NCBI GenBank assembly: GCA_963698265.1 | Contig: CAVOQC010000001.1 | Coordinates: 1,106,680 to 1,170,679 of the forward strand | Direction: 5' to 3' | Origin: an uncultured beta proteobacterium | Lineage (GTDB): Bacteria > Pseudomonadota > Gammaproteobacteria > Burkholderiales > Usitatibacteraceae | Length of the DNA: 64,000 bases | Part shown: in pieces, positions 53,450-63,586 of the stretch | Layout: every line of letters begins with the position of its first letter | How positions within the stretch are numbered: the stretch's first letter is position 1 | Program-made: the position numbers and the translations under genes | Notes under the pieces: model-generated | The model's input: only the letters and a program-made list of their open reading frames with translations | The model's database searches: none | What the model was told of the DNA's origin: nothing

Positions 53450-55316
53450 TGCCTTGCGAAAGCCTTTCACGGATGGCACGCGCGATGCCGGGAGCATCAA
53501 GGCCGCAATCGGCCAGCAATTGCGCCGGATCGCCGTGTTCGACGAAGTGGTCGGGAAGGCCCAGCTGGAGAACCTGAACCTCGACGCCCTGGGCCGCGAG
53601 CGATTCGAGGACCGCGGAACCCGCGCCGCCCGCGAGGACGTTTTCCTCGACGGTAACGACGAGTTCGTGGGTGGTGGCGAGCCGCAGGACGAGCGCCTGG
53701 TCGAGCGGCTTCACGAAGCGCATGTTGGCGACGGTTGCGCCCAGCTCGGCGCCGGCGTCGAGCGAGGGGCGCAGCATCGCGCCGAAGGCGAGGATCGCGA
53801 CCCTGCGCCCCTCGCGGCGGACCACGCCCTCGCCGACCGGCAGGGCCTCCAGTTGCGCCGACACTTCGGCGCCCGGGCCGGCGCCGCGCGGGTAGCGGAT
53901 CGCCGACGGGCCGTCGAGCGCGAAGCCGGTGCAGAGCATCCGGCGGCATTCGTCCTCGTCGGCCGGCGCCATCACGGTCAGGTTCGGGATGCAGCGCAGG
54001 AACGACAGGTCGAAGGCGCCGTGGTGCGTGGGGCCGTCCGCCCCCACGAGGCCACCCCGGTCGAGCGCGAAGACCACGGGCAGGTTCTGCAGCGCCACGT
54101 CGTGGATCAGCTGGTCGTAGGCGCGCTGCAGGAAGGTGGAGTAGATCGCGACCACGGGCTTCATGCCGTCGCAGGCGAGCCCCGCGGCGAAGGTGACGGC
54201 GTGCTGCTCGGCGATGCCCACGTCGAAGTAGCGGTCCGCGTATTCCTGGGAGAAACGCACCATGCCCGAGCCCTCGCGCATCGCCGGCGTGATGCCGACG
54301 AGCCGGTGGTCCGCCTTCGCCTGGTCGCAGAGCCAGTCGCCGAACACCTGCGTGTAGGTCGGCCGCGCCCTCGCGTCGGGGGCCGGCGCGGGCTTCACGA
54401 TGCCCACGCCCGGATCGAAGCGACCGGGGCCGTGGTAGGCGATGGGGTCGTCCTCGGCGAAGGCGTAGCCCTGGCCCTTCTTGGTCACCACGTGCAGGAA
54501 CTGCGGGCCATCGAGGCGCTTCACGTTGGTGAGCGTCTCCAGGAGGGCGTCGAGGTTGTGCCCGTCGACGGGGCCCGTGTAGTTCAGGCCGAATTCCTCG
54601 AAGAGCGTGGAGGGCGTGATCATGCCCTTGGCGTGCCCCTCGAAGCGCTTGGCGAGCTCCTTCATGGGAGGTGCGACGGAGAGGATCTTGTCGGCGGTGC
54701 GCTTCGTCGCCGCGTAGAAGCGCCCGGACATGAGCTTCGCGAGGTAGTTGTTGAGCGCGCCCACGTTCTCCGAGATCGACATGTCGTTGTCGTTCAGGAC
54801 CACGATCACGTTGGCGCCGGAGTGCTTCACGTTGTTCAGCGCCTCGAAGGCCATGCCCGCGGTCATGGCGCCGTCGCCGATGACCGCGACGGCGCGGTGG
54901 TCCTTGCCCAGCTGGCGCGCGGCGACCGCCATGCCGAGCGCGGCCGAAATCGAGGTGGACGAATGCGCGGTGCCGAAGGTGTCGTAGACACTCTCCTCGC
55001 GCCGGGGGAAGCCCGCGATGCCGCCCTTCTGCCGCAGCCTCGGCATCCCTGCGCGCCGCCCGGTGAGGATCTTGTGGCCGTAGGTCTGGTGACCCACGTC
55101 CCAGATGATCCGGTCCTCGGGGGTGGCGAACACGTAGTGGAGCGCGATGGTGAGCTCCACCGTGCCGAGGTTCGACGACAGGTGCCCGCCGGTGTTCGCC
55201 ACGGAAGTGACGATGAATCGGCGCAGCTCCGCGGCGAGCGCCGGGAGCTGCTTGCGGTCGAGCCGCCGGAGATCCGAGGGATCGTTGATCGTCTCGAGGA
55301 GGGGGTAGGTGCTCAT
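53418..55316 (-). CDS. dxs: 1-deoxy-D-xylulose-5-phosphate synthase
   Basis: [17 protein letters not shown]..., [52 protein letters not shown]. Start at 55316 (MSTYPLL), and the track ORF is longer. Confidence 0.96.
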   Translation of the reverse strand: MSTYPLLETINDPSDLRRLDRKQLPALAAELRRFIVTSVANTGGHLSSNLGTVELTIALHYVFATPEDRIIWDVGHQTYGHKILTGRRAGMPRLRQKGGIAGFPRREESVYDTFGTAHSSTSISAALGMAVAARQLGKDHRAVAVIGDGAMTAGMAFEALNNVKHSGANVIVVLNDNDMSISENVGALNNYLAKLMSGRFYAATKRTADKILSVAPPMKELAKRFEGHAKGMITPSTLFEEFGLNYTGPVDGHNLDALLETLTNVKRLDGPQFLHVVTKKGQGYAFAEDDPIAYHGPGRFDPGVGIVKPAPAPDARARPTYTQVFGDWLCDQAKADHRLVGITPAMREGSGMVRFSQEYADRYFDVGIAEQHAVTFAAGLACDGMKPVVAIYSTFLQRAYDQLIHDVALQNLPVVFALDRGGLVGADGPTHHGAFDLSFLRCIPNLTVMAPADEDECRRMLCTGFALDGPSAIRYPRGAGPGAEVSAQLEALPVGEGVVRREGRRVAILAFGAMLRPSLDAGAELGATVANMRFVKPLDQALVLRLATTHELVVTVEENVLAGGAGSAVLESLAAQGVEVQVLQLGLPDHFVEHGDPAQLLADCGLDAPGIARAIRERLSQGNASQRPGMAA

Positions 55317-55607
55317 GCGGTGCTTGCGGCGGCGGGGGGCCGGAGTGAGGCATTTTGCCGCAACTGGGCGCATCCCGTCTGCGCGGCCTCAAATGGAACG
55401 GAGATGGCGAGGGCCTTCCCGTCGCGCGCGGGACGCAGGTGGGTGAGCCGGGCTCGCGCCGGGCCTTTCTCGCCCGTTTTGTCCGGTATTTCGGACAGGT
55501 TTTCCAGATTCCGATACGCGCCGGGCTGTAATGGTCTCCGTTACTTATTCAGCGCCCGATGAATTTATAAGTATTTGATAAACAACGCGCAGAACAGTTA
55601 TTTCACC

Positions 55608-55650
55608 GATAAATGAAATCTTGACGAAGTCCATGAGACTGCACTAGATT
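55608..55650 (+). promoter_or_regulatory. Candidate promoter (TTGACG-18-TAGATT) with an overlapping Fur-box-like AT-rich element upstream of the TonB-dependent receptor
   Basis: GATAAATGAAATC TTGACG at 55608-55626 matches 11 of 19 positions of GATAATGATAATCATTATC by eye. The inverted repeat ATTTCA-N8-TGAAAT lies at 55600-55619. It sits in the only AT-rich patch of the window. Confidence 0.3.
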
Positions 55651-55715
55651 GCGGACCACGCGGCCGGTGTCCGGTAAGCGCGACGCACAATAATTCCAAT
55701 CCTGAGGGGGAATCC

Positions 55716-58118
55716 ATGGCATCGAAACGACAGCATTCGGTCCGGACGCTGCACGCGGCCATCGCGCTGGCATTGACGCAGGGCGCGGTCGTCGCCTCGG
55801 CGCAGGACCAGGCGCCGGAGACGGGCATCAAGGTGGCCCAGGCCACGCAGGCGGGGTCGCAGGCGAAGGACGCGAAGAAGGACAGCCCCACCGCGGTCGA
55901 GCAGATCGTCGTCACCGCGCGGCGACGCGAAGAGCTGCTGCAGGACGTTCCCGGTGCCGTGAGCGCCTTCTCCGCCGCGGCGATCGAGGCGGCGGGCATC
56001 CCGGACCTCACGGGCATCGCGAACCTCGTGCCCAGCACGACGCTCAAGCCTTCGCGCGCGACCAACTCCACGCTCACGGCCTTCATTCGCGGCGTCGGCC
56101 AGCAGGACCCGCTCGCCGGCTACGAGCAGGGCGTCGGGATCTACCTGGACGACGTCTACCTTGCGCGCCCGCAGGGCGCGCTCTCGGACATCTACGACAT
56201 CGAGCGGATCGAGATCCTGCGCGGCCCCCAGGGAACGCTCTACGGACGCAACACGATCGGCGGCGCGATCAAGTACGTGACGCGCAGGCTCTCGGCGAAG
56301 ACCGAGCTGAACGTGAAGGCGACGCTGGGCAGCTACAACCAGCAGGACCTGAGCGTCCGGGGCAGCGTGCCGGTGACCGACACGGTGAGGCTCGGCGCCA
56401 CCCTGGCTTCCTTCAACCGGGACGGGTACGGCACGAACGTCGTCAACGGCAAGGACAACTACAACAAGGACGTGCTGGCGGGCCGGATCACGGCGGAGTT
56501 CACGCCGACGAGTTCGCTCTTCATCCGATTCGCCGCCGACCGCACGGTCGACGATTCGCTGCCCAAGCAGGGGTACCGCCTGACGGCCGGTCCCGCCCCG
56601 GGCAGCGAGCCCGTGCTCTCGGGCAGCTTCGACACGCGGGCCAACCTGTACAGCGTCCTCGGCCACGCCCAGCAAGTGAAGACCAGCGGCGAATCGCTGC
56701 TGGTGGACTACACGATCAGCCCGACCCTGTCGTTCAAGTCGATCACCGCGACGCGCCGCTCCAAGTCCTACGCGCCGATCGACTTCGATTCCCTCAACAC
56801 GCCCCTGTTCGAGGCGCCCGCGATCTACGAGGACGACCAGAAGAGCCAGGAATTCCAGTTCACGTACACGGGAAGCAAGTGGCAGGGTGTCGCGGGCGCC
56901 TATTTCATGCGCGCGAACGCCTTCAATGAGTTCGACGTGCTCTTCAACGCCGCGGGCGGGCTGTCCCTCTACACGCTGGACGACATCGACACCAAGACCT
57001 GGGCCGCTTTCGCCGACGCGAGCTACGAAGTCTCGGACCGGCTCAACGTGACGCTGGGCGGGCGCTACACGAGCGACCAGCGGCAGGCGCGCATCTACAA
57101 GCGGACCTATTTCGGCCTCGCCGGCTCTCCCACGCTCGGCAATCCCGCGGCCGCGGCCTCGGCCGTCGTCAACACCGACATGAGCAAGAGCGACCTGGAC
57201 CGCACCGACAAGAAGTTCACGCCCAAGGTCGGCTTCGGCTGGAAGCTCACTCCGGAACAGAACCTGTACGCGACCTACTCCGAGGGCTTCAAGGGCGGGC
57301 TGTTCGACCCCCGCATGGACCTCGGGGGCAACCCCACCAGCGCCACCTCGCTCGAGAAGCGCAAGGGAGTCAAGCCCGAAGAGGTCAAGAGCTTCGAGGT
57401 GGGCCTGAAGTCCGCGATGAACAACGGCCGCATCCAGACCAACGCGGCGGCGTTCTTCACGGACTACACGAACGTCCAGATCCCGGGTTCGATCCCGACC
57501 TTCGACGCCGCCGGGACCGTGACCGGATTCGCCGGAAACGTGACCAACGCCGGCAAGGCCGAGATCAAGGGCCTCGAGTTCGAGGCCCTCGCGCGGGTCA
57601 CCGACGCGTTCACGGTGAGTGGCATGGTCTCGTTCATCGACGCCGAGTACAAGGAGTGGATCGTCGCCAACGGGCTCACGGGAGCGGCCGCCGCGCTGGT
57701 CAACATCGCCTCCGCGGCGGAGTTCCAGAACACGCCGAGAAAGGCGGCCAGCATCTCGGGGACCTACGAGTGGCCGATGGCCGTCGCCGGCAAGAGCGGG
57801 CGTCTCGCGCTGACGAACACGATGTCCTACAAGGACAAGGTGTACCAATTCGAGTTCGTGCGCCCGACCGGCGTCCCGGCGATCGACGCCAACGTGGGAG
57901 CGGCGGAAGCGCTGGCGCAGGCGGCCCACACGCTCTGGGATGCGAGCCTCACGTGGACGAGCAGCGACCGCAGGGTCCAGGTGGCCCTGATCGGGCGCAA
58001 CCTGACCGACAAGCGCTACAAGGTCGCCGGCTACACCTTCGGGGCTTTCTTCAACACGGTCACGGCCTTCTACGGCGATCCGCGCACGGTCAAGCTCACC
58101 GCGAGCTACTCGTTCTGA
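55716..58118 (+). CDS. TonB-dependent outer-membrane receptor
   Basis: Signal peptide, a TonB-box-like EQIVVTARRR, the plug RGPQGTLYGRNTIGGAIKY, and a C-terminal beta-strand ending LTASYSF. Confidence 0.92.
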   Translation: MASKRQHSVRTLHAAIALALTQGAVVASAQDQAPETGIKVAQATQAGSQAKDAKKDSPTAVEQIVVTARRREELLQDVPGAVSAFSAAAIEAAGIPDLTGIANLVPSTTLKPSRATNSTLTAFIRGVGQQDPLAGYEQGVGIYLDDVYLARPQGALSDIYDIERIEILRGPQGTLYGRNTIGGAIKYVTRRLSAKTELNVKATLGSYNQQDLSVRGSVPVTDTVRLGATLASFNRDGYGTNVVNGKDNYNKDVLAGRITAEFTPTSSLFIRFAADRTVDDSLPKQGYRLTAGPAPGSEPVLSGSFDTRANLYSVLGHAQQVKTSGESLLVDYTISPTLSFKSITATRRSKSYAPIDFDSLNTPLFEAPAIYEDDQKSQEFQFTYTGSKWQGVAGAYFMRANAFNEFDVLFNAAGGLSLYTLDDIDTKTWAAFADASYEVSDRLNVTLGGRYTSDQRQARIYKRTYFGLAGSPTLGNPAAAASAVVNTDMSKSDLDRTDKKFTPKVGFGWKLTPEQNLYATYSEGFKGGLFDPRMDLGGNPTSATSLEKRKGVKPEEVKSFEVGLKSAMNNGRIQTNAAAFFTDYTNVQIPGSIPTFDAAGTVTGFAGNVTNAGKAEIKGLEFEALARVTDAFTVSGMVSFIDAEYKEWIVANGLTGAAAALVNIASAAEFQNTPRKAASISGTYEWPMAVAGKSGRLALTNTMSYKDKVYQFEFVRPTGVPAIDANVGAAEALAQAAHTLWDASLTWTSSDRRVQVALIGRNLTDKRYKVAGYTFGAFFNTVTAFYGDPRTVKLTASYSF

Positions 58119-58238
58119 CCTGCACCGCCTGAGCTGACCGGCGGCGCCGCCAGGCGCCGCCGGCCTGATTCGGCGATCATCGGGGCCGCAGGCACCGCCC
58201 CGGCGGGCAGCCGCACGCTTTCCGGCGAAGGAGGAACC

Positions 58239-59111
58239 ATGGCCACTTTTGTCGAACGGACCTGGAAGGGCGTGGGCGACCTCGCGCTCCACGCCCGCGA
58301 CTACGCGGGCGACGGCGGCCCCGCGCGCTGTCCCGTCGTCTGCATCCACGGGCTCACCCGCAATTCCGGCGATTTCGAGGATGTCGCGCCCTGGATCGCC
58401 ACGCAGGGCCGGCGCGTCATCGCGGTCGACATCCGCGGCCGCGGCCGCTCGGCGCGCGATCCCGATCCCCGGCGCTATCACCCCGCCGTCTATGCCGCGG
58501 ACGTGCTGAAGCTCCTCGACGAGGCCGGCATCGCCCGCGCCGTCTTCATCGGCACCTCCATGGGCGGCATCATCACCATGGCGATCGCCCTGAAGCGCCT
58601 GCGGGCCATCGCCGCGGCCGTGCTGAACGACATCGGCCCCGTGATCTCCATGGCGGGGCTCACGCGCATCAAGGGCTACGTGGGGCAGGGGCGTCCCGTG
58701 GAGTCCTGGGACGATGCCGCGGCCTACATCCAGTCCATCAACGGAGCGGCGTTTCCGGACAACACCCCGGCAGACTGGCACGCGTGGGCGAAGCGCACCT
58801 ATCGCGCCGACGAGAACGGACGGCTCGCCCTGGACTACGACCCGACGATCGCGGCCGCCATACAGGGCGCGAAACTCAAGCCCACGTCGTTTCTCGCGAA
58901 AATGCTCTTCCGCCGTCTCGCCCGAAACCGCCCGACGCTGCTCGTCCGCGGCGCGATCTCCGACATCCTGGGCCCGGAGGAGGCCGAGTACATGCGCCGC
59001 ACCGCTCCCGGCATGCAGTACGCCGAGGTGCCCGGCGTGGGCCACGCGCCGATGCTCACGGAACCCGCGGCGCGGGCCGCGCTCGCGAGCTTCCTCGCGG
59101 GCGTTGCATGA
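58239..59111 (+). CDS. Alpha/beta-fold hydrolase
   Basis: VVCIHGLTRNSGDF (HG oxyanion), FIGTSMGG (GxSxG nucleophile elbow), PGVGHAPML (catalytic His). Confidence 0.85.
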   Translation: MATFVERTWKGVGDLALHARDYAGDGGPARCPVVCIHGLTRNSGDFEDVAPWIATQGRRVIAVDIRGRGRSARDPDPRRYHPAVYAADVLKLLDEAGIARAVFIGTSMGGIITMAIALKRLRAIAAAVLNDIGPVISMAGLTRIKGYVGQGRPVESWDDAAAYIQSINGAAFPDNTPADWHAWAKRTYRADENGRLALDYDPTIAAAIQGAKLKPTSFLAKMLFRRLARNRPTLLVRGAISDILGPEEAEYMRRTAPGMQYAEVPGVGHAPMLTEPAARAALASFLAGVA

Positions 59112-59115
59112 CGCG

Positions 59116-59817
59116 ATGCCCAGGGCCGCGAACAAGGCCGCCCCGCGTGGCCGCCCCGTGCGCAGGCTCGCGGAGGCGGTCGAGACGCGCGGGCTCATCC
59201 TCGACCACGCCGAGGCGCTGTTCGCGCGCCACGGGCTCCACGGCGTCACCGTGCGCGAGGTGGGGAGTTCCGCCGGCGTCGACCCTGCGCTCGTGCACTA
59301 CTACTTCGAGACCAAGAAGGGCCTCTTCGACGCCGTCTTCGAGCGGCGGGCCGAGGTCCTCAACGCGGAGCGGATCAGCTCCATGGACGCCTATGCGCTC
59401 GCCGCCGGCGAGCGCATCTCGGCCGAAGGCTGCATCGAGGCCTTCCTCGAGCCGATCCTGCGCCACTCGATCCAGGGCGACGAGCGCTGGAAGAACTACT
59501 TTCGCCTCCTCGCGCTGGTCAACAATTCGCCCGACTGGGGCGGCCGGATGATGACGCGCCACTTCGATCCGGTCATCCGGCGCCTGATCGACCTGCTGCG
59601 CCGCTGCATGCCGAAGGCGAGCGACGTCGACCTGTACTGGTGCTACCACTTCCTGTCCGGGGCGCTCACGCTGAGCCTCTCGGAGACCGGGCGCATCGAC
59701 CGGCTGTCCGCGGGCGCGTGTGCCTCCGCGGACATGGAAGCCATCCTGCGCCGGATGGTGCCGTTCATCGCGGCAGGCTTCCGGCGCGTCTGCCAGCCCG
59801 GGCCGCAGGCCACCTGA
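59116..59817 (+). CDS. TetR/AcrR-family transcriptional regulator
   Basis: ILDHAEALFARHGLHGVTVREVGSSAGVDPALVHYYFETKKGLF (TetR HTH). Confidence 0.88.
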   Translation: MPRAANKAAPRGRPVRRLAEAVETRGLILDHAEALFARHGLHGVTVREVGSSAGVDPALVHYYFETKKGLFDAVFERRAEVLNAERISSMDAYALAAGERISAEGCIEAFLEPILRHSIQGDERWKNYFRLLALVNNSPDWGGRMMTRHFDPVIRRLIDLLRRCMPKASDVDLYWCYHFLSGALTLSLSETGRIDRLSAGACASADMEAILRRMVPFIAAGFRRVCQPGPQAT

Positions 59818-59846
59818 TCCCGCGCACTTTTTCCGAGGAGATGTCC

Positions 59847-61028
59847 ATGGCTTTGAAGAACTTCATGATCGTGCTGGCCCTGTGGGCCGCAGCCGGCGCC
59901 GCGAGCGCCCAGGAACTGCGCATCGCCCTGATCCTGGGCAAGACCGGCCCCTTCGAGGCCTATGCGAAGGAAACCGAGGCCGGTTTCATGATGGGCCTGG
60001 AATACCTGACCGGCGGCAAGATGGAGCTCGGCGGCCGCAAGATCCGGGTGATCGTGAAGGACGACCAGCTGAAGCCCGACCTCGCCAAGACCGCGCTCGC
60101 CGAGGCCTACGGCGACGACAAGGTGGCGATCGCGGTGGGCACGACCTCCTCGGGTGCGACGCTCGCGATGCTGCCGGTGGCCGAGGAGTACCGCAAGATC
60201 CTGATCGTCGAGCCGGCGGTGGCCGACAGCATCACGGGCGACAAGTGGAACCGCCACATCTTCCGCACCAGCCGCAACTCGACGCAGGACGGCCTCGCGG
60301 GCGCGGCAACGCTCATGGGCAAGGCGAGCGTGGCTTTCCTCGCGCAGGACTACGCCTTCGGGCGCGACGGCGTGAAGGCCGCGAAGGACGCGCTGGCGAC
60401 GATCGGCAGCAAGGCCACCGTCGTGCACGAGGAGTACGCGCCGCAGAACACCACCGACTTCACCGCCTCCGCCCAGCGCATCTTCGACGCGCTCAAGGCC
60501 CACCCCGAGCCGCGCATCCTCGGGATCATCTGGGCGGGCCCGCACCCGCTGTCCAAGATCGCGGATCTGAAGCCCGGGCGCTACGGCATCGTGCTCGCCC
60601 CCGGCGGCAACATCCTGCCGGTGTTGAAGACCTGGAAGAGCTACGCGGGCACCGAGGGCGCGATCTTCTACTACTACGGGTTCCCGAAGAACCCCATGAA
60701 CGACTGGCTCGTGGCGGAGTACCGCAAGCGCTACAACGCGCCGCCGGACATGTTCACCGCCGGCGGGTTCACGGCCGCGAGCGCGGTGGTCGCCGCGCTG
60801 AAGAAGGTGCCTTCGGGAGACACGGAGAAGCTGATCGCCGCGATGGAGGGCATGGAGTTCGACACGCCGAAGGGGAAGATGAGCTTCCGCAAGGAGGACC
60901 ACCAGGCGATGCAGGCGATGTACCACTTCCGCATCAAGCGGGAACAGAAGGACGAGTGGGACCTCCTGGAGCTGGTGCGCGAGATTCCCGCGAGCGAGCT
61001 GCCCGTCCCCGTCCGGAACAAGCGCTGA
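59847..61028 (+). CDS. ABC transporter substrate-binding protein (branched-chain amino acid/amide LivK-like, type 1 PBP)
   Basis: Signal peptide, then ELRIALILGKTGPFEAYAKE...VAIAVGTTSSGATLAM...FLAQDYAFGRDG. GAGGAG SD spacing favours ATG 59847. Confidence 0.85.
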   Translation: MALKNFMIVLALWAAAGAASAQELRIALILGKTGPFEAYAKETEAGFMMGLEYLTGGKMELGGRKIRVIVKDDQLKPDLAKTALAEAYGDDKVAIAVGTTSSGATLAMLPVAEEYRKILIVEPAVADSITGDKWNRHIFRTSRNSTQDGLAGAATLMGKASVAFLAQDYAFGRDGVKAAKDALATIGSKATVVHEEYAPQNTTDFTASAQRIFDALKAHPEPRILGIIWAGPHPLSKIADLKPGRYGIVLAPGGNILPVLKTWKSYAGTEGAIFYYYGFPKNPMNDWLVAEYRKRYNAPPDMFTAGGFTAASAVVAALKKVPSGDTEKLIAAMEGMEFDTPKGKMSFRKEDHQAMQAMYHFRIKREQKDEWDLLELVREIPASELPVPVRNKR

Positions 61029-61054
61029 GCCGGAAGCGAACGAAGAGGCCCGCC

Positions 61055-61837
61055 GTGTCCGCGCTTCCCGCCACGCACCCGGTGCTTTCGACGCGCGGCC
61101 TCACGGTGCGCTTCGGGGGCCACGTCGCGGTGAATGCGGTGAGCGCCGACTTCCACCCCGGGACGCTCACCGCGATCGTGGGCCCGAACGGCGCCGGGAA
61201 GACCACGTACTTCAACCTCGTCTCCGGGCAGCTCGCGGCGAGCGCCGGATCGGTGCACCTCTTCGGCGAGGACGTCACGCGGCTCGGCGCGGCGCAGCGC
61301 GCCCAGCGCGGCATCGGCCGGGCGTTCCAGCTGACGCAGCTCTTCCCGAACCTCACGGTGATCGAGAACGTGCGGCTCGCCGTGCAGAGCCGCGCACGCG
61401 CGGGGCTCAATTTCCTCTCGCTCTGGACCGGGCACGTGGAGCTGATCGAGAAGGCGGAGCACTTCCTGAGCCGCGTGGCGCTGGCCGACCGGCGGCACGC
61501 GGCCGCGGCCTCGCTCTCCCACGGCGAGCAGAGGAAGCTCGAGGTGGCGATTCTCCTCGCGCTCGAGCCGCAGGTCCTCATGTTCGACGAGCCCACCGCG
61601 GGCATGAGCGTGGACGAGGTGCCGATCGTCCTCGAGCTGATCCAGCACATCAAGGACCAGGGCGACCGCACGGTGCTGCTGGTCGAGCACAAGCTGGACG
61701 TGGTGCGCTCGCTCGCCGACCGCATCCTCGTCCTCCACGACGGCGCCCTCGTGGCCGACGGCGACTTCGCCACGGTGATGGCTTCCCCCATCGTCCAGGA
61801 GGCGTACCTGGGCATCGCGGAGGACGGCGATGGCTGA
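61055..61837 (+). CDS. ABC transporter ATP-binding protein (LivG-like)
   Basis: GPNGAGKTT, LSHGEQRKLEVA, LMFDEPTAGM. GTG start in frame with track ORF 59720..61837. Confidence 0.88.
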   Translation: MSALPATHPVLSTRGLTVRFGGHVAVNAVSADFHPGTLTAIVGPNGAGKTTYFNLVSGQLAASAGSVHLFGEDVTRLGAAQRAQRGIGRAFQLTQLFPNLTVIENVRLAVQSRARAGLNFLSLWTGHVELIEKAEHFLSRVALADRRHAAAASLSHGEQRKLEVAILLALEPQVLMFDEPTAGMSVDEVPIVLELIQHIKDQGDRTVLLVEHKLDVVRSLADRILVLHDGALVADGDFATVMASPIVQEAYLGIAEDGDG

Positions 61838-62555
61838 GGCGCTGCTGACACTCGCCGGCGTGCACACGCACATCGGGCAGTACCACATCCTCCAGGGCGT
61901 CGACCTCGAGGTCCGCGAGGGGGAGCTCACGGCGCTGCTCGGGCGCAACGGCGCCGGGAAGACCACGACGCTTCGCACCATCATGGGATTGTGGAAGGCG
62001 AGCCAGGGGCGGCTTCGCTTCGAGGGGCGCGACATCGCCGCGCTTGCGACACCGGAGATCGCGCGGGCGGGCGTGGCCTACGTGCCCGAGAGCATGGCGG
62101 TCTTCTCCGACCTCACGGTGCGCGAGAACCTCGTGCTCGGCGCCCGCCAGGGCAAGCTCGATCCTGCCAGGCTCGAATGGATCCTCGGATTCCTGCCCGC
62201 CCTGGGGAAGTTCTGGAACCACCAGGCCGGAAACCTCTCCGGGGGGCAGAAGCAGATGCTCGCCATCGCCCGCGCGATCGTCGAGCCGCGGCGCTTGTTG
62301 CTCGTGGACGAGCCCACCAAGGGGCTGGCACCCGCCATCGTCCAGAGCCTGCTCGCGGCGTTCCGGGAGCTGAAGGCGACGGGGACCACGATCCTGCTCG
62401 TCGAGCAGAACGTGAGCTTCGTGAAGCGCCTGGGGGACCGCGTCGCCGTGATGGACGACGGGAGAATCGTGCACGCCGGGCCGATGCCCGACTTCGCCTC
62501 CGACCGGGCGCTGCAGATGCGCCTGCTGGGGCTCGCCATGGAGGCGCATTCATGA
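61830..62555 (+). CDS. ABC transporter ATP-binding protein (LivF-like)
   Basis: GRNGAGKTTT, LSGGQKQMLAIARA, LLVDEPTKGL. Overlaps the previous gene by 8 nt. Confidence 0.9.
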   Translation: MAEALLTLAGVHTHIGQYHILQGVDLEVREGELTALLGRNGAGKTTTLRTIMGLWKASQGRLRFEGRDIAALATPEIARAGVAYVPESMAVFSDLTVRENLVLGARQGKLDPARLEWILGFLPALGKFWNHQAGNLSGGQKQMLAIARAIVEPRRLLLVDEPTKGLAPAIVQSLLAAFRELKATGTTILLVEQNVSFVKRLGDRVAVMDDGRIVHAGPMPDFASDRALQMRLLGLAMEAHS

Positions 62556-63580
62556 ACGACGAATTCGTGCCCGCGCAGCAGGGCAAGGGTGCGGCGATTC
62601 CCGCCGCGGCGCTCGATTACGCGCCGCTCGTCCTGGTGCCGGCCGTCGCGATCGCCACGCTGCCGCTCGTCGGGAGCTTTCCCGCCTGGGTGACGCTCAC
62701 CGTGGCCGGGCTCGCCATGGGCATGATGATCTTCATCATGGCGAGCGGCCTCACGCTGGTCTTCGGCCTGATGGACGTGCTGAACTTCGGCCACGGCGCC
62801 TTCGTATCCGTCGGCGCCTTCGCCGCGACGCTGGTGCTCCTTCCGCTGGGCGACTGGACCCAGGCCGATTCGCTGGCACTCAACCTCTCGGCCGTCGGGC
62901 TCGCCATCGTCGTCGCGATGGTCGCGACCGCCGCCGTCGGCTGGATCTTCGAGCGCCTCATCGTCCGGCGCGTCTACGGGCAGCACCTGCGGCAGATCCT
63001 GGTGACGATGGGGGGCGCCATCGTCACCGAGCAGATGATTCACGTGATCTGGGGCCCGGACCAGATTCCGCTGCCGCTTCCGAAGGCGCTGCGCGGGGCG
63101 TTCGTGATGGGTGACGTCGCGATCGAGAAGTACCGGCTGCTCGCGGTGGCCGTGGGGCTTGTGGTGTTCGCGACCATGTTCCTGGTGCTCAACCGCACGC
63201 GTATCGGTCTATTGATCCGCGCCGGCGTCGAGAACGGCCCGATGGTGGAGGCCCTGGGCTACCGCATCCGGCGACTCTTCGTGGGCGTGTTCGTGGCCGG
63301 CTCCGCCCTCGCCGGTCTCGGGGGCGTGCTGTGGGGGCTGTACCGGGAGACGCTCACGGCCTCCATGGGCGGCGAGATCGTGGTGATGGTGTTCATCGTG
63401 ATCATCATCGGCGGACTGGGTTCCGTGGGCGGCTGCTTCATCGGCGCGCTCCTGACCGCGCTGGTGGCCAACTACGCGGGATTTCTCGCGCCGAAGCTGG
63501 CACTCGCCTCCAACATCCTCCTCATGGTGGCGATCCTGCTCTGGCGCCCCGCGGGGCTCTACGCCGTGGCCAGGCGCTAG
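62552..63580 (+). CDS. Branched-chain amino acid-type ABC permease (LivH-like)
   Basis: ASGLTLVFGLMDVLNFGHGAF and GGLGSVGGCFIGAL. The ATG overlaps the previous TGA (ATGA). Confidence 0.88.
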   Translation: MNDEFVPAQQGKGAAIPAAALDYAPLVLVPAVAIATLPLVGSFPAWVTLTVAGLAMGMMIFIMASGLTLVFGLMDVLNFGHGAFVSVGAFAATLVLLPLGDWTQADSLALNLSAVGLAIVVAMVATAAVGWIFERLIVRRVYGQHLRQILVTMGGAIVTEQMIHVIWGPDQIPLPLPKALRGAFVMGDVAIEKYRLLAVAVGLVVFATMFLVLNRTRIGLLIRAGVENGPMVEALGYRIRRLFVGVFVAGSALAGLGGVLWGLYRETLTASMGGEIVVMVFIVIIIGGLGSVGGCFIGALLTALVANYAGFLAPKLALASNILLMVAILLWRPAGLYAVARR

Positions 63581-63586
63581 AAGGGG

